Below the pieces are notes generated by a model. It saw nothing but the letters and a program-made list of their open reading frames with translations, made no database searches and was not told where the DNA came from. A stretch of 60,036 bases of DNA, the filler included, from Sphacelaria rigidula (lineage: Eukaryota), in the NCBI GenBank assembly GCA_964200075.2. It is 10 parts of 10 records of this genome, joined end to end, with 100 filler letters (N's around TTAATTAATTAA, not from the genome) between each part and the next. Parts side by side here need not be neighbours in the genome. Positions count along the whole stretch, not along the records: positions 6,015 to 11,928 come from CAXNAA020023529.1; positions 12,029 to 17,942 come from CAXNAA020023530.1; positions 18,043 to 23,956 come from CAXNAA020023531.1; 7 more parts are not named here. One strand, 5' to 3'. Below are positions 10,015 to 23,300 of the stretch, piece after piece. Positions within the stretch are counted from its first letter, which is position 1, and each line of letters starts with the position of its first letter. The position numbers were made by a program, and so were the translations under genes.

Positions 10015-12062
10015 TGGATTTGTTCTCTGATTTTCGAAGGCCCCCAACATCCCATGACAGGTGGAGTTGTTGGTCGAGAGCTCTCGTTATATACTCTCCG
10101 AGAAAGTGCAACAACAACAACAACAACAACGAGCGCGTTACGAAAAAGCCCAGAAATCTCGTGAACAAACAGTGCCAAAATTCTTCTGAGATATGGAAAC
10201 ATGCCCGTTTCATAACATCGCGGTTGGGTCTCGGGTATTTTATATACATTTGGGGAGAGCCCGTGACCACGGCTTTCGAACAAGCCCATCCACGATGAGT
10301 CGGGCCTTCGGCAGTGGCATTCAAGTCTCGCCAGCGCCCCTTTCTGTGATTATACTTCTACTCAAACCAAGACAAAACAACAATCAAGTACAGTTTTATC
10401 TGTAGCAACTGTGAACCATGACTACTTTCAGCACACATGTGCGCAGTGGCTGAGCGCACTACTTTTACTCGTTACGTTTCACATCTTCACCCTGCTTTGG
10501 GAAATAGCGGGCATATTTAGTTTTAGTATTCTATTATAGTGGTCATTTCCCATCAAAACCGAGCCAAAATAGAGATATGCATATAGTTTGTGTTGAAGGG
10601 GTGTTGTCTGTAGTATGTGTACGGATTGAGCAAAACACGGCAGTTATATTGTATATTTGTACAGTACATTTGTCAGAAAAAAAAACTCGTCTCCCTCCTC
10701 GTTTTCAAGACATACCCCTCCCTCGATTCTCGTCGTTACATTGGTTATTATATTTCATTGCTCCGCGTGCACAAATACACCGTGTGCCATACTTTTGTGC
10801 GCCGTGGTATGTTAGTTCTCCGGTGCTCGTTCCTTGTGTGCCCATGTTGTGCGCAGATCATGCAGTTGAGTACTGCAGACCTGTACACGACTGTTACGCC
10901 CGTGAATGGGGCCTGATTTTGGGCACTATATACCGGGGAAATGGACCGACCAAATACACAGTCAGCTGAACGCAGAATAAATGAAACCTAAATGAGCCAA
11001 TGAGTACAATCACAAGTACACGTGTCACTCGAAATGACGACGGCGCTGTAGACCCGTACAGTGTTACAACAACAGGAGGATAGAAGCTGCTGCTCGTGTT
11101 GTTGTTGTGCCCCTCTTGTTGCAGTATGTTGTTGTGCTTATTTTTCAACGCGAATTTCTCGGCAACAAAGCAGAGGATTGGACTGCGGTTTGATGCATGC
11201 ACTTCCCTCACACCAGAACCTTTCAGTGTGGTGGCAGGTTTCCGTAACGCATGCCGCGCAGGCCGCAGCACTAAGCAAACCGCTGCACCAAACACGAAAT
11301 CTACCAAAAATGTGTTTCCTCCAACGCTCTGAGGCTTTTCGGATCCGCTGTGGCGAATTAAGCAACTCCGCCGCCACACTGAATAGGTCTAGTGTGTGTG
11401 CGGGGGGCGGTGAAGTGCCACAGGTCGATTTGCTTCCTGTCTCGAGAAATATGCAATGAAAAATTACAGCTGTCGCATGCTGAACCTAGGTAACTTGGGA
11501 TGGAGCGTGTGTCATGTTCGGCAGAGGTTCGGCACAGGTCCGACCAGTCTACGACGTCTTCAATACGTCTTCAATATCCCTTCGCGTTCATTTCATTTTC
11601 TGTTGACAACGGATTTTTGGTCGGTAAGACCTTCATTCACGGGCATAACTGTTGGAACAAAACACCATTGTACGCTGCCACACAGTCGTGGACTTATTTG
11701 CACCACCATTGTAGAGGTACTGCAGCAGTGCGTGATACGTTGTAATTACCTGTACAGACAACACTGTGCGTGTGTGATCCGTGGTGCGGGCCGAATATAC
11801 CAACAAAATATAACCGCAAATACGAATATATAATATATGTGGAAATCGCCTTTTGGGCATGTGCGGAAAGATTTCCACACCCTGGACAATAGATGGCATC
11901 TATTGCGATAGCAATAGAATCTGCTACANNNNNNNNNNNNNNNNNNNNNNNNNNNNNNNNNNNNNNNNNNNNTTAATTAATTAANNNNNNNNNNNNNNNN
12001 NNNNNNNNNNNNNNNNNNNNNNNNNNNNGTGATGACGGCAGGAGAGAGGGCAGAGCCCCCGA

Positions 12063-12101
<39 letters not shown>

Positions 12102-12153
12102 GATATACCACGCACGGGTCGTACAATACACCCTGCGTTTCACAAATACTCAC

Positions 12154-12292
12154 AGGCGATTGGTCGGCAGGAACGTCGCGGAATCTGAAGGACCAATCCA
12201 CCGCCATGCTGTCCCCCTCGAAGTCTACGGAGATGTCCAGGATCTCGTGCGCGCGGTACACACGCCGCATGTATGTCTCCAGGGCTGCAGCT
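12154..12292 (-). CDS. ACC: Acetyl-CoA carboxylase central region, visible exon 6
   Basis: cag|(R)AAALETYMRRVYRAHEILDISVDFEGDSMAVDWSFRFRDVPADQSP|gtgagt matches the ACC_central 'AALEVYVRRAY...V.W.F' motif. Confidence 0.9.
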
Positions 12293-13058
12293 CTGAGGAT
12301 CGGTTGGAGATCATCATTTCAACCGAGCCACCAAAAATTTCCACCAAGCACGCACAGAAAGCGGGCGGGTCAAAAAGCGTACACACACATGCATGCATGC
12401 ATACATACACGTGCAAGCGAGTGGAAATTCACAACGCTGTGCTCTGTAGAAGGTATACTCAGGAATAGGGGCATTTTGGGTCTTGGGCGATAGATAACAC
12501 TGTTCAAAAGTGTACAGCGTACAGAATCGCCTACTTCGTCTATTCTATTGCTTGCATCACGACAAAAAGTAGATTTCACTCCGTCTGTACGCAGCACACT
12601 TCTCGTCAATGTAATCCACTGTCCCGGGTGTGATACCACGGCTGACGCCTGCAGGGATCAGTCAACGTGACAGCTACTGAGCAATCATCCACGAGCGGTG
12701 CATACATCCCATGCTCCCGTATTACTGTGCTTGTTCATGTAGGTGTCGAGTTCAAAGACCGTCTAGTAAGCAACATATATGCACTGTGAAACAGGTCAAA
12801 CTCGCGACTCTCTGGTTTCTGGGATACGCCCACGAGCACCCGTGTTGCCTGCATCAACTTCAACTCATTTTTTCTTCAAATGGCCAACTGTAGGCATCAA
12901 CACGCACGCGACTAGGACATTGGCAGTTATTACGCTCAGAACTTCTCAGGGAGGAGAGAGGGAGGAGAGAGGGAGAGAGGGGGGGGGGGGGCATGTGCAG
13001 CCACTCTCTGATGCTTTTGACGCTGTAGCTACGAACGCTCGCAGCTGTAGTAGCATAC

Positions 13059-13162
13059 CTGATAGCGGTGTCCTCATCATCAAACAGAGATGTTAGGAGG
13101 TCCACTCCGACGGACAGAGAGGGGGAAAGCGCCAGCTGCGCCGGGTTTGCCGAGCCGATTTC
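13059..13162 (-). CDS. ACC: ACC visible exon 5
   Basis: cag|EIGSANPAQLALSPSLSVGVDLLTSLFDDEDTAI(R)|gtatgc. Phase 0/2 fits both neighbours. Confidence 0.88.
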
Positions 13163-13929
13163 CTGCAAGATGCGACAACCGAGTTAAAAACAAAACGGAC
13201 AAAATACTGTATGACACCGAAGAAATAGAGTACAGAATGAGAAAAAATCTTCTCGCGGCATAACACGGCGTTCCCTGTTTGTCCATCAGTACCACTTGCT
13301 GCTTAGAAACACAGACCGGTGCTAAGACCTTCTCGTCGCTCGTCCTCCGACCCTCGCGCACGATGGAGGCTCCTTCTCCTGCAGGACTGATACATCACAC
13401 ACTTGTGCGTTAAAAAGCACTAAAAAACTTCCAGTACAACGGGGGTACAGTTCTCCTCGACGGGGCATTGTTTCCTGTTCTCATTTGGCCTTGACAAGAC
13501 AAAAACCACCCACAAACTACGACGCCTTCTCTGCGTAGTAGCACCATATACACATGTTTACACATTCGAAAACGAAAAAAATAGAAAAAATGCGAAGAAA
13601 GATGATGAATAAGAGAAAACCTATACATAAATACAAGCAACGACCTCAACCCACCACTTGATCAAGTTCTACTTGATATATACATGAACCCTCATGACAC
13701 CCATATCCACGAATTGACTGGAGTAGTCCAATATACTCGTACGGTTCAACTCCGAAGGAGGACAAATCCCGCAACTTCCTCTTCGCACCCACATGCTTTC
13801 TAAATTTAAAAACAAGGCCCGATGCTCGCGCGTACACGATATCTGTAAGATGACAGGATAGCAGGAACTGATGTACCTCACTTGGCGTGACGTGGAAAGA
13901 TGTGACGGGACATGACAGCAAACACTCAC

Positions 13930-14061
13930 CGCACGAAGAGCAGAGAGGCGGCCTTCGAACGGTGCCGCCCGAGCAAGGCGGAGGATGTTGCCTGCCTCCA
14001 GGGAAACCTCGCCGTACTGCTGGCCTTGCAGCTGGGCCAACTTTTCAAGCGCGGATACAAG
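13930..14061 (-). CDS. ACC: ACC visible exon 4
   Basis: cag|LVSALEKLAQLQGQQYGEVSLEAGNILRLARAAPFEGRLSALRA|gtgagt, 44 codons. Confidence 0.88.
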
Positions 14062-14962
14062 CTGAAGGCGAGAATAATAACAACACCGGCAACACCAAAA
14101 ACGAGCAGGGAGCATTCGAGTAAAGAGAAGACAAAAAACCCTCAACATCCACAGCGAACAACTGCACAGAGAAAGGAGAGCAAAGAATAGAGATGAAGAG
14201 ATGGGCAGTGAACGAATGAAAAATAGGCGAAGATAAAAACAAAGATGAATTGGGGAAAAAAAAAAAAAACGATAGAAAAATAAACTGAACATGAAAGGGC
14301 GAGTGCAAATGTAGTAGCGAAAACAGTTCTACATGCGAAAATACAAAACAAAACAAGATAAAACGGGAGAATAAATGGACGACCGCAGGGCCCCCTCCAA
14401 GATTTCCCTCCAAAAACAGGGAAATATGTTCGTTGCATGCAGGTTAACGGCGAGTCATAGACTGAAAAAAAAGGTACAAATTTCCTGAACTGCCGTTTTT
14501 CAAATTTCCCTCCAAACAAGTATCTTCAGTATATACGTCTATTGAAATAACCACGGCCGGATATCACACCGAATCATTGATCGCGCGACACCCAGACAAC
14601 CCGACAACAATATTTTCATCAATCTATTTATCAAGGCCCCCTTCGTTTGTGTCACGATTCCCATGATATGCTACCTCTTCCAGAAGAGGCTGACAGGATT
14701 CACTAAAGCTAGGATTGTACAAGCACGTGATATCACTCAAATGTCGTGCGACAGAAGGTACAGATCGTCACGGTTGACAGTTTTGAACGGAAGAGACGCG
14801 CACTCAACTCAGAAACATCATACACACACGAAATATACAGTGTGACATAATACTCCATATTTAACCTAGTGTTTCAGCCTGTCCCGCTCTGTCGCAACTA
14901 CAATTATACCGCCATTTTTTCGAAACACGTTTGGTATATCCTAGGTCTTCCACCAACGGTAC

Positions 14963-15085
14963 CTCGTCCGAAGGGCGCCATTCGCCACTCCTGTCAGCGT
15001 AGCGAAGCAGGGCGCGAAGAGTGGAGTTCAACTGGCGCGTGCGAGGAGCCAGCGCCTGGTGTGCTTGGCCGATTTGCACAACAAC
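14963..15085 (-). CDS. ACC: ACC visible exon 3
   Basis: cag|VVVQIGQAHQALAPRTRQLNSTLRALLRYADRSGEWRPSDE|gtaccg, 41 codons. Confidence 0.85.
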
Positions 15086-15932
15086 CTGATCCATGTCAGG
15101 AAGACAAATAATGACACGCGCGCGTAAGATGGAGCGACAGAGGAAAGGCGAGGAGGGGGGGGGAAGGCGGAAGCGGAGGGGGGTGGGAGATGTGACGAAT
15201 TTGTGCAGAACACAACTGACATGTATACCAAGAATTCTCATGAGCCAAGAGCCTTTGAACGAAGGGAGTGGGATAGTCTCCGACACGGTCGATACGTGCA
15301 CCATGCTACAAGAAAAAAAAAACACAACACACAAGTGTTGTGTAAAAAAACACATGAACTTGTGAAACAACGTTTTCAAAGTCAAAATTGCGGTTACACT
15401 TGTCCACGACAGTAGACGCGATGCGGGAGTGTTAATCCAGTCCACTTCAACAAGAATTTTTTTCTAATGCAAAAGCACGGAGGGGGGGGGGGGGAGAGAG
15501 AGATGGGGTTGATCGATTTTCACCACGGACTTGACCCACGAGAGGAGACGAGTTAGAGTGACAACAACAAAAGAAAATCCGGTGATATTGAACGTGCACC
15601 TGTACAGTATGTACAGCATAGTTTACACCAACTTGATGTCAAAGTCAGCGGGGATTCATCACCTGCCCTTGTTTCAAGTGGGCGGGAGGAGGCCGGGGAG
15701 GGGTGACATACCACGTAGGGGTCCCATACACCCTCGATTAATTTCATTGATTGAGACACATCAGTCGATCTCCCAGGGATCAAGCCGCTCTTACATGGTA
15801 GTCGCGCCCGATATTAAAAGAGGGGAGCTCTCGCGGAAGAACGGTGGAGAAAACAGACAAGATGAAGAAAGAAAAAATCCCCGGCACAAAACCATCACTG
15901 CCTATGCATGCATCCGCCACCGTGCAACGCAC

Positions 15933-16121
15933 CTCTGGGTCATCCTTGTGTGCCTTGATCAGGTCAGCGATGACCGCATCTTCGTTGGGTTTATCAGCGA
16001 ACAACGTCTCCACGGACAAGTAGCGCTCCACCAGAGACTGCACGGCGCCTCCCAGCTTGTCGGCATCATGGCACGCCGAGAACAGACGTGCAACCACGGG
16101 CTCAAAGTCGAGCTCGAAGCC
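15933..16121 (-). CDS. ACC: ACC visible exon 2
   Basis: cag|GFELDFEPVVARLF...LVERYLSVETLFADKPNEDAVIADLIKAHKDDPE|gtgcgt, 63 codons, 'YL.VE.LF' motif. Confidence 0.9.
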
Positions 16122-16981
16122 CTGCCACAAACAACGCACGACAGTTTTGTCTCAATACGGACATTCCTCACTCCATCCGCAAGAGCGCATACAGCGCCGC
16201 GCCCCTATTCAGAATTATCCATGTGTCGACCACATCCAGATTCATCATCGTTGCAGCACACACACGTGGCAGAATCACAAACGGCCAACCCTTCGGGAAC
16301 CGTGCCATTCCGTTCCCGGGCCAGACGCTTCGCCATTTCAAGCCCAGACAAAGAAGGAAAGATGGGAACAGAAAAGACCGACAGCAACTACTCTCACCGT
16401 GGAAGGCCACACAAGAATCCACCACCATACGTCATGCTCGCACCAAATATGAAATAACCCCAGTGCGGTCGCATGAGTGTTTTCCAGTAAGGGACGCGAC
16501 GGTTCCCTCTTTTTCGAGTTTATGCACACAGCCAAAATCAACGCCTTCGTGCTCAAACTCCAAACAAACAGACGTCGGCACCGCCCACGTTTATACGGGT
16601 CTGAAGAACACGTCTCGGGCTAATATGTTCGCGTGAAAGCTGTGAAAACTCAACCATACATACATATATCAACATTTATTAAAGCACCCCGAAATGTACA
16701 CTTCTCCATCGCCAGTACCGAAAAAGAGGATTGATCAACACCAGGCCTGCGGGGAAAGCATGGAAAAAGGAAAGAAGAGAAAACTTTCACAACTCCACTA
16801 TTTCATACCTCACATGATGAGACATACAACACCGCTGCGATTCATACACACCATAGGTCTCCCACACAATCCACACCCCCCCTTTTTATTTTGACTTTTC
16901 CCGTCTGTCAGTCCCTCCATCACTCTCTCTGAAGCACCAGGTGATCATCCCGTGGCCACCCCACTGCACTGCACCGCGCAC

Positions 16982-17101
16982 CTGCATGGCCATGTCAAGC
17001 CTCTGGATCATCTCGTCGACGTCATCATCTCCCGCTCCGGTATCGGAAGGAAGATCCAGCTGTCCCGTGAACGGCAGAATCTTCTTCACACGGGACGGGT
17101 C
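16982..17101 (-). CDS. ACC: ACC visible exon 1 (BCCP to central-region linker)
   Basis: cag|DPSRVKKILPFTGQLDLPSDTGAGDDDVDEMIQRLDMAMQ|gtgcgc, 'DPS.VK...PF.G.L' motif. Confidence 0.9.
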
Positions 17102-17195
17102 CTGTGCGTAACGGCAGGACGGGTGCCGCGCAGGCTTACTACAGGAGACATGACTGAAACCGAACACAAGTCACACAGGGCATTGGGATTGACTA

Positions 17196-17415
17196 CGCCT
17201 CTTGATCCTGCATGTCGTAGTCATAAGGCCTTTGACCTCGCGTCCGTACAAAGTCGGGGCGGAGCACTCCACGTTTTCCCCGCACCAGGCTCGCAATAAG
17301 TAAGCCGGAAGCGCCGTAGCGTGTTTGGCGAGTGGCATGAAGGGTGACCTGCATCCCGCTGAGATTGTTCAGCCCGGAGCATACCGATTGTCTTGCATAT
17401 GGAGGGCAGCCTTTA
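17196..17415 (-). mobile_element. Family B repeat copy in an ACC intron
   Basis: Reverse complement aligns to ~2306-2530. Tail degenerate, no C-run. Confidence 0.8.
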
Positions 17416-18042
17416 ACAACTTGTTTCATTTGTTCATACCGTCCGGTGACAGCAACGGGTTACACTTCCTCACGGGCGTCTCCTCTTTGAAACACCACGT
17501 AGTACTGTACGATCTTCCCCTCAACGCCAAGTTGAGATTCCCCCATACCAAGTAGTACGATCTCTCCCTCAACGCGGAGTTGAGAATCCCCCGTACCACG
17601 CAGTGCGATCTTCGGGAGACAGCCGCGTGTTACACTTCCTCAAGGGTGTCTCATCATTCGAACACTACATAGCACGATCATCCGCTTCGCGCGGAGTCGA
17701 TTTACAGTATTCATTTCACGCAGGATGATCCAGCCAAACCATCATCGTAGTTATTGCAGAATAACGCGATCAAGGAAAAAAACGGGTACCTGATTGCTGT
17801 CGCCAACCGACCTCGACCCTCCACATGGAAAAGGAGGAAGGGAAGGGGGGGGGGGGGGGGGGGGGGGGACTAATTTCGTTTCTTGCCTCAATCGTTCAAC
17901 CAACCCCCCCCCCCCCACCCTTCCGAAAAGAGGGAGGGGGGGNNNNNNNNNNNNNNNNNNNNNNNNNNNNNNNNNNNNNNNNNNNNTTAATTAATTAANN
18001 NNNNNNNNNNNNNNNNNNNNNNNNNNNNNNNNNNNNNNNNNN

Positions 18043-18916
18043 CTAGAATCGTAAGGAGCCCCTGAACCAGACAAAATTTCGCGAAAAAAGTGCACCCCTA
18101 CCGTAGCATTGCTCTACTGAGGAAGACAGAAGCGATGGGCGAGGTTTTTCCGAATCCTGCTGAACATCAAATCGCCAAATCCGGACCCAACCATCATCGA
18201 GGAAGTACAGCAACGACCGACAGCACTATCCACCGGAGATTCGATACCACTTGGATCAGCACCAACGGTGGAGGAGACCATACGAGCAGTTAGAGGGATG
18301 CAGAGTTGGAAATCACCGGGACACGACTCCCTTCCGGTAGAACTGCTCAAGATCGACGGTCGAGCCGAGCCCATCATTATCGAACAATTCCATGCCATTC
18401 TCGCCAAGGTGTGGAACGAAGGTGAGGTCCCGCAGAAGTGGAAGGACGCCACGATCAAAGTGCTCTACAAGATATCCGATCGCTCCAACTGCAACAACTA
18501 TCAGGGAATCTCGCTAGTACCGCACGCAGGGAAAGTGCTCTTGAAGATAGTGGCCAATCGCCTCAGCGAATATTGCGAAGCACACGGGATACTGCCGGAG
18601 GAACAGCGCGGGTTCAGACCGAATCGATCCACCGTCGACATGCTGTTCGTAGTGCACCGACTCGAAGAGCTGGGATGACGACGGAGAATACCACTGTACA
18701 TGTGCTTCGTCGATCTCGAGAAGGCCTACGATTCGGTAAACAGAGAGCTCCTGCGGTAGCTGCTCGCCCGAGCTGGGATTCCGGATGAGATGATAGCAGT
18801 GATCCGCCAATTCCACGATGGCATGAAGGCCCGCGTACGCCTGGACAATGGGGAACTCTCAGAGAGGTTCGAAGTTACCCAAGGCCTACGGCAAGGCTGT
18901 GTGCTGTCCCCGCTGT
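18043..18916 (+). pseudogene. RTE-clade LINE reverse transcriptase fragment
   Basis: '[14 protein letters not shown]...[28 protein letters not shown]...GKVLLKI...[16 protein letters not shown]...FVDLEKAYDSV...[11 protein letters not shown]' with two in-frame stops. Truncated before the catalytic YxDD. Confidence 0.92.
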
Positions 18917-18920
18917 CAAG

Positions 18921-20381
18921 CAGTAGTATTGTACCAGTATTCAGTCATGTTACATGCTTCCCCGCCGTTTTTCAGAACGAAAATAACGTGCATGAATATC
19001 CTATGTCACGTGATCTGGCTAGGTTGGCGGATATTGCATCACAAAAAACATATACTATGACGAGGTTTGCCGGTGCTATGTTATTGGGTAACTTATGGTA
19101 CAGCCGACACTGCCCGCTCTAATAGAATCCTTACGGCAGTTGTACGATAACGTTGGCCTACTCTAGCTGTCCGCACATGGCTGTAACACAAAAACACACT
19201 CGTACGGTTCGGCTCTACAACAACACAACGACGAGCACATAGTCCTATTGTTGGTCTCCACAAAAACAGGAGCACAAAGCACAGTGTCATATGGGATAGC
19301 CGGCAAGCGATGGATCAAAGAAGCCACACATATATCGAAAGGACAACGGCTCAACAAACAGTAGCACTATACCATAAGGGGTAATCAAAGTACACCAGTT
19401 CAACTAGTACAACGTTGGTATACCCCACGGACCACGGCGGAACAAAGTAACATCATACCACCTCGAACAATATATTACCAACCATACGAAGTAGAATGTT
19501 CATGTGCCCAACGGGTCAGGTCTCGAGATAGGAATACAGTGTTATATGGGATAACCGACAAGCGGTTAATCGACCGCCAAAAATTTGACCGTTTACAGTT
19601 GTAACAATAAGCGACCTAACACGTGTTGAACAAATTGGCAGCCCACTCATAACTGCAGTAACGTGAGTTAGAGCTCAGGTCCAGCAAGGCCTGTGACACA
19701 GTAATTTCTGTTAAATGCCACGTTATCCGACCCTAAAGCAGAAGAGGTCCGAAATGTGTTATATTTTAGTACCCAATCATCGAGACTCCGCAACATTCTG
19801 TGTGACCAACGGATGGACATAGCGTTATCAACTTGTACGTCACTGCCGATCCGCCGGCTACCGCAAAGTTACTGTGTTTGTATTTTTGTAGAGCCCAACA
19901 GTAGGAGTGTGTCTTTGTGTTCCTCTTTCGTGGATACCAACTATGGGACTATGTGATCATGGTTGTGTTTTTGTAGAGCCGAACCGTACGAGTGTGGTTT
20001 TATGTTCCTGTTTTTGTGGACGTCAACGATGGGATTATGTGCTCATGTTTGTGTTTTTGTACAGCCGACCCGTACTAGTGTGTTTTTATGTTCCTGCTTT
20101 TGTGGAACCCAACCGTACTAGTATGTTTTTGGGTAACAGCTACCTGCGGACTGGCAGACTAACACAATATTATCGTACAACAGCCGTCAGGGTTCTATAT
20201 CTAACACCATACTACACTGTGATTAGAGCAGTGAGTGTCGGCTGTAACATAAGTTACCCATTAACATGAGACCAGTAGAACTCGTCGTAGTATATGTTTC
20301 TGGTGTTACAATACCCGCCACCCTAGCCAAATAACGTAAGATAGGTAACATATCATACTACGTTATCCGAGGTGTTTACTG
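18921..20381. mobile_element. Foldback element with ~300-500 bp imperfect inverted arms containing tandem subrepeats
   Basis: ~18975-19290 is the reverse complement of ~19870-20370 (e.g. 'gggtaacttatggtacagccgacact' versus 'agtgtcggctgtaacataagttaccc'). Left boundary approximate. Confidence 0.8.
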
Positions 20382-23300
20382 TTTTGCCATACGTGCAGCA
20401 TCAGCTGAGAATGTACTGGTGTACCTCTCCAAGAGGTGCTCGGTCCAGCCTCGACGTGAGATGACTCTTCTTGTCGAAACAAATGAGCCGCCAAAATTTA
20501 TAACTGAAGCGGCCATTGAGCCACGAATTGTAACGGGTAGAGACCTCCAATCTATAAGAATACCGGATGCTTTTAACCGCCTCGGTGTAGCACGCACAGT
20601 CTGCACCTGCTCAGCGGTCGACAAAACAGCTATAATACAAGTAGCAAATCTGTCGAATCGGCACGTCCAACGCGGAAAAAAAATACTTTTGGGATGTATC
20701 TCACAAGCTGAGAAATACAAGCCGACGGAAAACGTCAGTGAAATTTCACAAGTTGGAATAAACAAGCCGACGGAAAACTTCGGTGCAATTTCACAAGTTA
20801 CACAGCAAAACACTGACGCAAGAGAAGAATTGAGAACAGCGCTCCAAAGTGCATTAAAAGACACCACCTTTAATGAACATCAAAAGAGTCAAGTGCTCGA
20901 CTTATGCATCAAATATAGGTCAGTCTTCTCATTGTCATCGCGGGAGCTAGGTTGTTGTACAACCGGAGAGGCAACTTTTCCCCTAGTTCCGGGCACGAAA
21001 CCGGTCGATAGGGCTCCGTGCAAAGCAAATCCCAGGATCCAAGAAGTCATCGATAAATGCGTAGATGAGATAGAAAATTACAGGATAATTGAACAAAGCG
21101 CCCGATTTTGTGTCGACTATAAATGCACGCTTTAAAAACGTCTTGTGCGAAAATCATGGCCCATGCCTGATTTGGAAAGTCATGCACACACGGTGGCAGG
21201 CGCAAAAATGATCCCTGCTTTCGATGTATAGAGCGCGTTCCATCAGATTCCAGTAGCGGAGAAGGAGAAAGAAAAAACGACCTTCATCACCGAGAAAGGT
21301 AAGTGGGTGTTTAACCGACTGCCGTTCGGCTTGGCATATTCCCCGCTCATTGTCTCGCGCGTAGTGTCTCTTACTTTCTCACATTTTCGACCCGAGAGCG
21401 GTCTGTTGTTAATGTACATGGATGATTTGTTCGCCTATTCCTCCACATGGAAAGTCACCTGACTCTACTGGAAGACATGTCCAAAGCACTGAAAAAAGCA
21501 GATCGTGCTCTCAAGCCCTCTAAAGCGCAGTTTGGACCTAAGGAGATCAAGTACCTCGGCTACACTTTCTTCGCTGACGGGATCAAAATTGGGGAAGACC
21601 GCGTAAAGGCCATAATAGATTTGCTCACACCAACAAATATCAAGCGATTGCGTTCGGTGTTAAGAACGGTCATTTTTGTGAGGAAATATATTCCGAACCT
21701 CGCACAGGTAATCGCTCCGCTGGTAGATCTCACGAAAAAAGAGGCAGCCAAGGAAGTAGCTAAACGCTGGAGTGCCGAACACGATGCAGCTTCCGCAGAA
21801 GTAAAAAGGCTTTTCACCATTGCTCCGGTGCTTCATTTTCCAGACTTCTCGAAAGAGTTCACCATTCAAGTCGACGCGTCAGGAGAGGGCGCCGGCTCGT
21901 TGCTCACCCAAGATCAGGGCGGCAAAACTGCCCTCGTAGCGTATTTCAGTCAGCGTTTCAATCATGCTTAGCGGCACTACTACGCCACACTCGACAAATG
22001 TTATGCAGTTGTATTAACTGTACAATAGTGGAGGCTCTTTCTATGGAAGAAACATTCCACGTGTGTGACAAACTATGCAGCACTACGGTAGCTCTATTCC
22101 TTGCAAGACATGCGCAATATGTTGACAAGATGGGCGATAGCTTCACCGTCATTTGACTTCACTTTGAAGCACACACCGGGGAAATTATATATTGTTCCGG
22201 ACGCTGTGTTGGGACTCTTTCGATTCGAAAAATAACGGAATAATGAGGTCAAACCCCTGCTCGCGCCAATTTGTCGGAACGCCTCAGAAAACTCCGTATT
22301 ACACGCGAAGAAACCGCACCAACCGTTTCAAATTTCAGCGGATAAGCTGGATACTCTGGAACCAGTACAGAGCGACAAAGAACTTATTGCTGTCAACGCT
22401 ACCCACACGAGCGCTACACATGTTTTCACGTCTGTTGACAAAGACAAGTTGCGAACCAACAGGCAAAAACAAAGGGCTCATATATTCAATATCTGACAGA
22501 CGACGACGCAACTTTACCGGAAAAAAGAGACGCTGACCTTTACGTCCTACTTTGTGCACCTTGACGGTATTATGTTCAGGTCATACTTGCCGGGGAACCT
22601 TCGAAAACAAGGCACCGATCGCGATAGACTAGTGCTACCAGAAGCTCTGGTTAATCTCGTTTTGCACTCATATCACGACCATGTGATGTCGGGAGGTCAC
22701 CTCGGAATCAAGCCGACCTATGAAGAGATCAAGAACAAGTATTATTGGCCGATATTGAGCCAAGATGTGCGAAAGTGGTGTCAACGTTACCATTCGTGTC
22801 AGAGGAGAAAGACGGCCCATAAACGTCCGAAACGCCTGTAGGCGACATACCTGTGAACGGATCTTCTGAGGGGATATCGATAGATCTTGTCGTATACAAG
22901 ACGATTTCAAATTCGTTAGCCGGTGTGTCGTCTAAGCATGCAGTGTCTGTTATCGATCATCTGGCACGATACCCATTGTTGATTTCCATCCCAAACAAGT
23001 CAGCCAATACTGTGGCAAGAATGCTGGTCGACCGTGTCTTCACGATTTTTGCGAAACCAGAAACATTACATTTCATTCAAGGCAAGGGATTTGAAAACCA
23101 GGTAATATACCGGTTGCACTTGATCCTGAAAAATGGCAAAACACGCACGATACCATTCCGCCCTCAAGGCAACTCTGTTTCAGAACGGGTACACTCGAAT
23201 TTGCACGCCATGTTAGCCATGCATAGCTCCGTCAAATAAGACAACTGGGCGACTATGCTACCCTTCGTGAAAATGGCGTATAATACATCATTCAACACCT

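Noticed and set aside
13300..13385. Additional ACC exon
   Set aside because: The flanking exons (13930 and 13162) join in phase 0 and give a continuous ACC-like sequence.
15531..16457. 308-aa plus-strand ORF
   Set aside because: Antisense shadow of an ACC exon plus intron sequence, with no recognisable motif.
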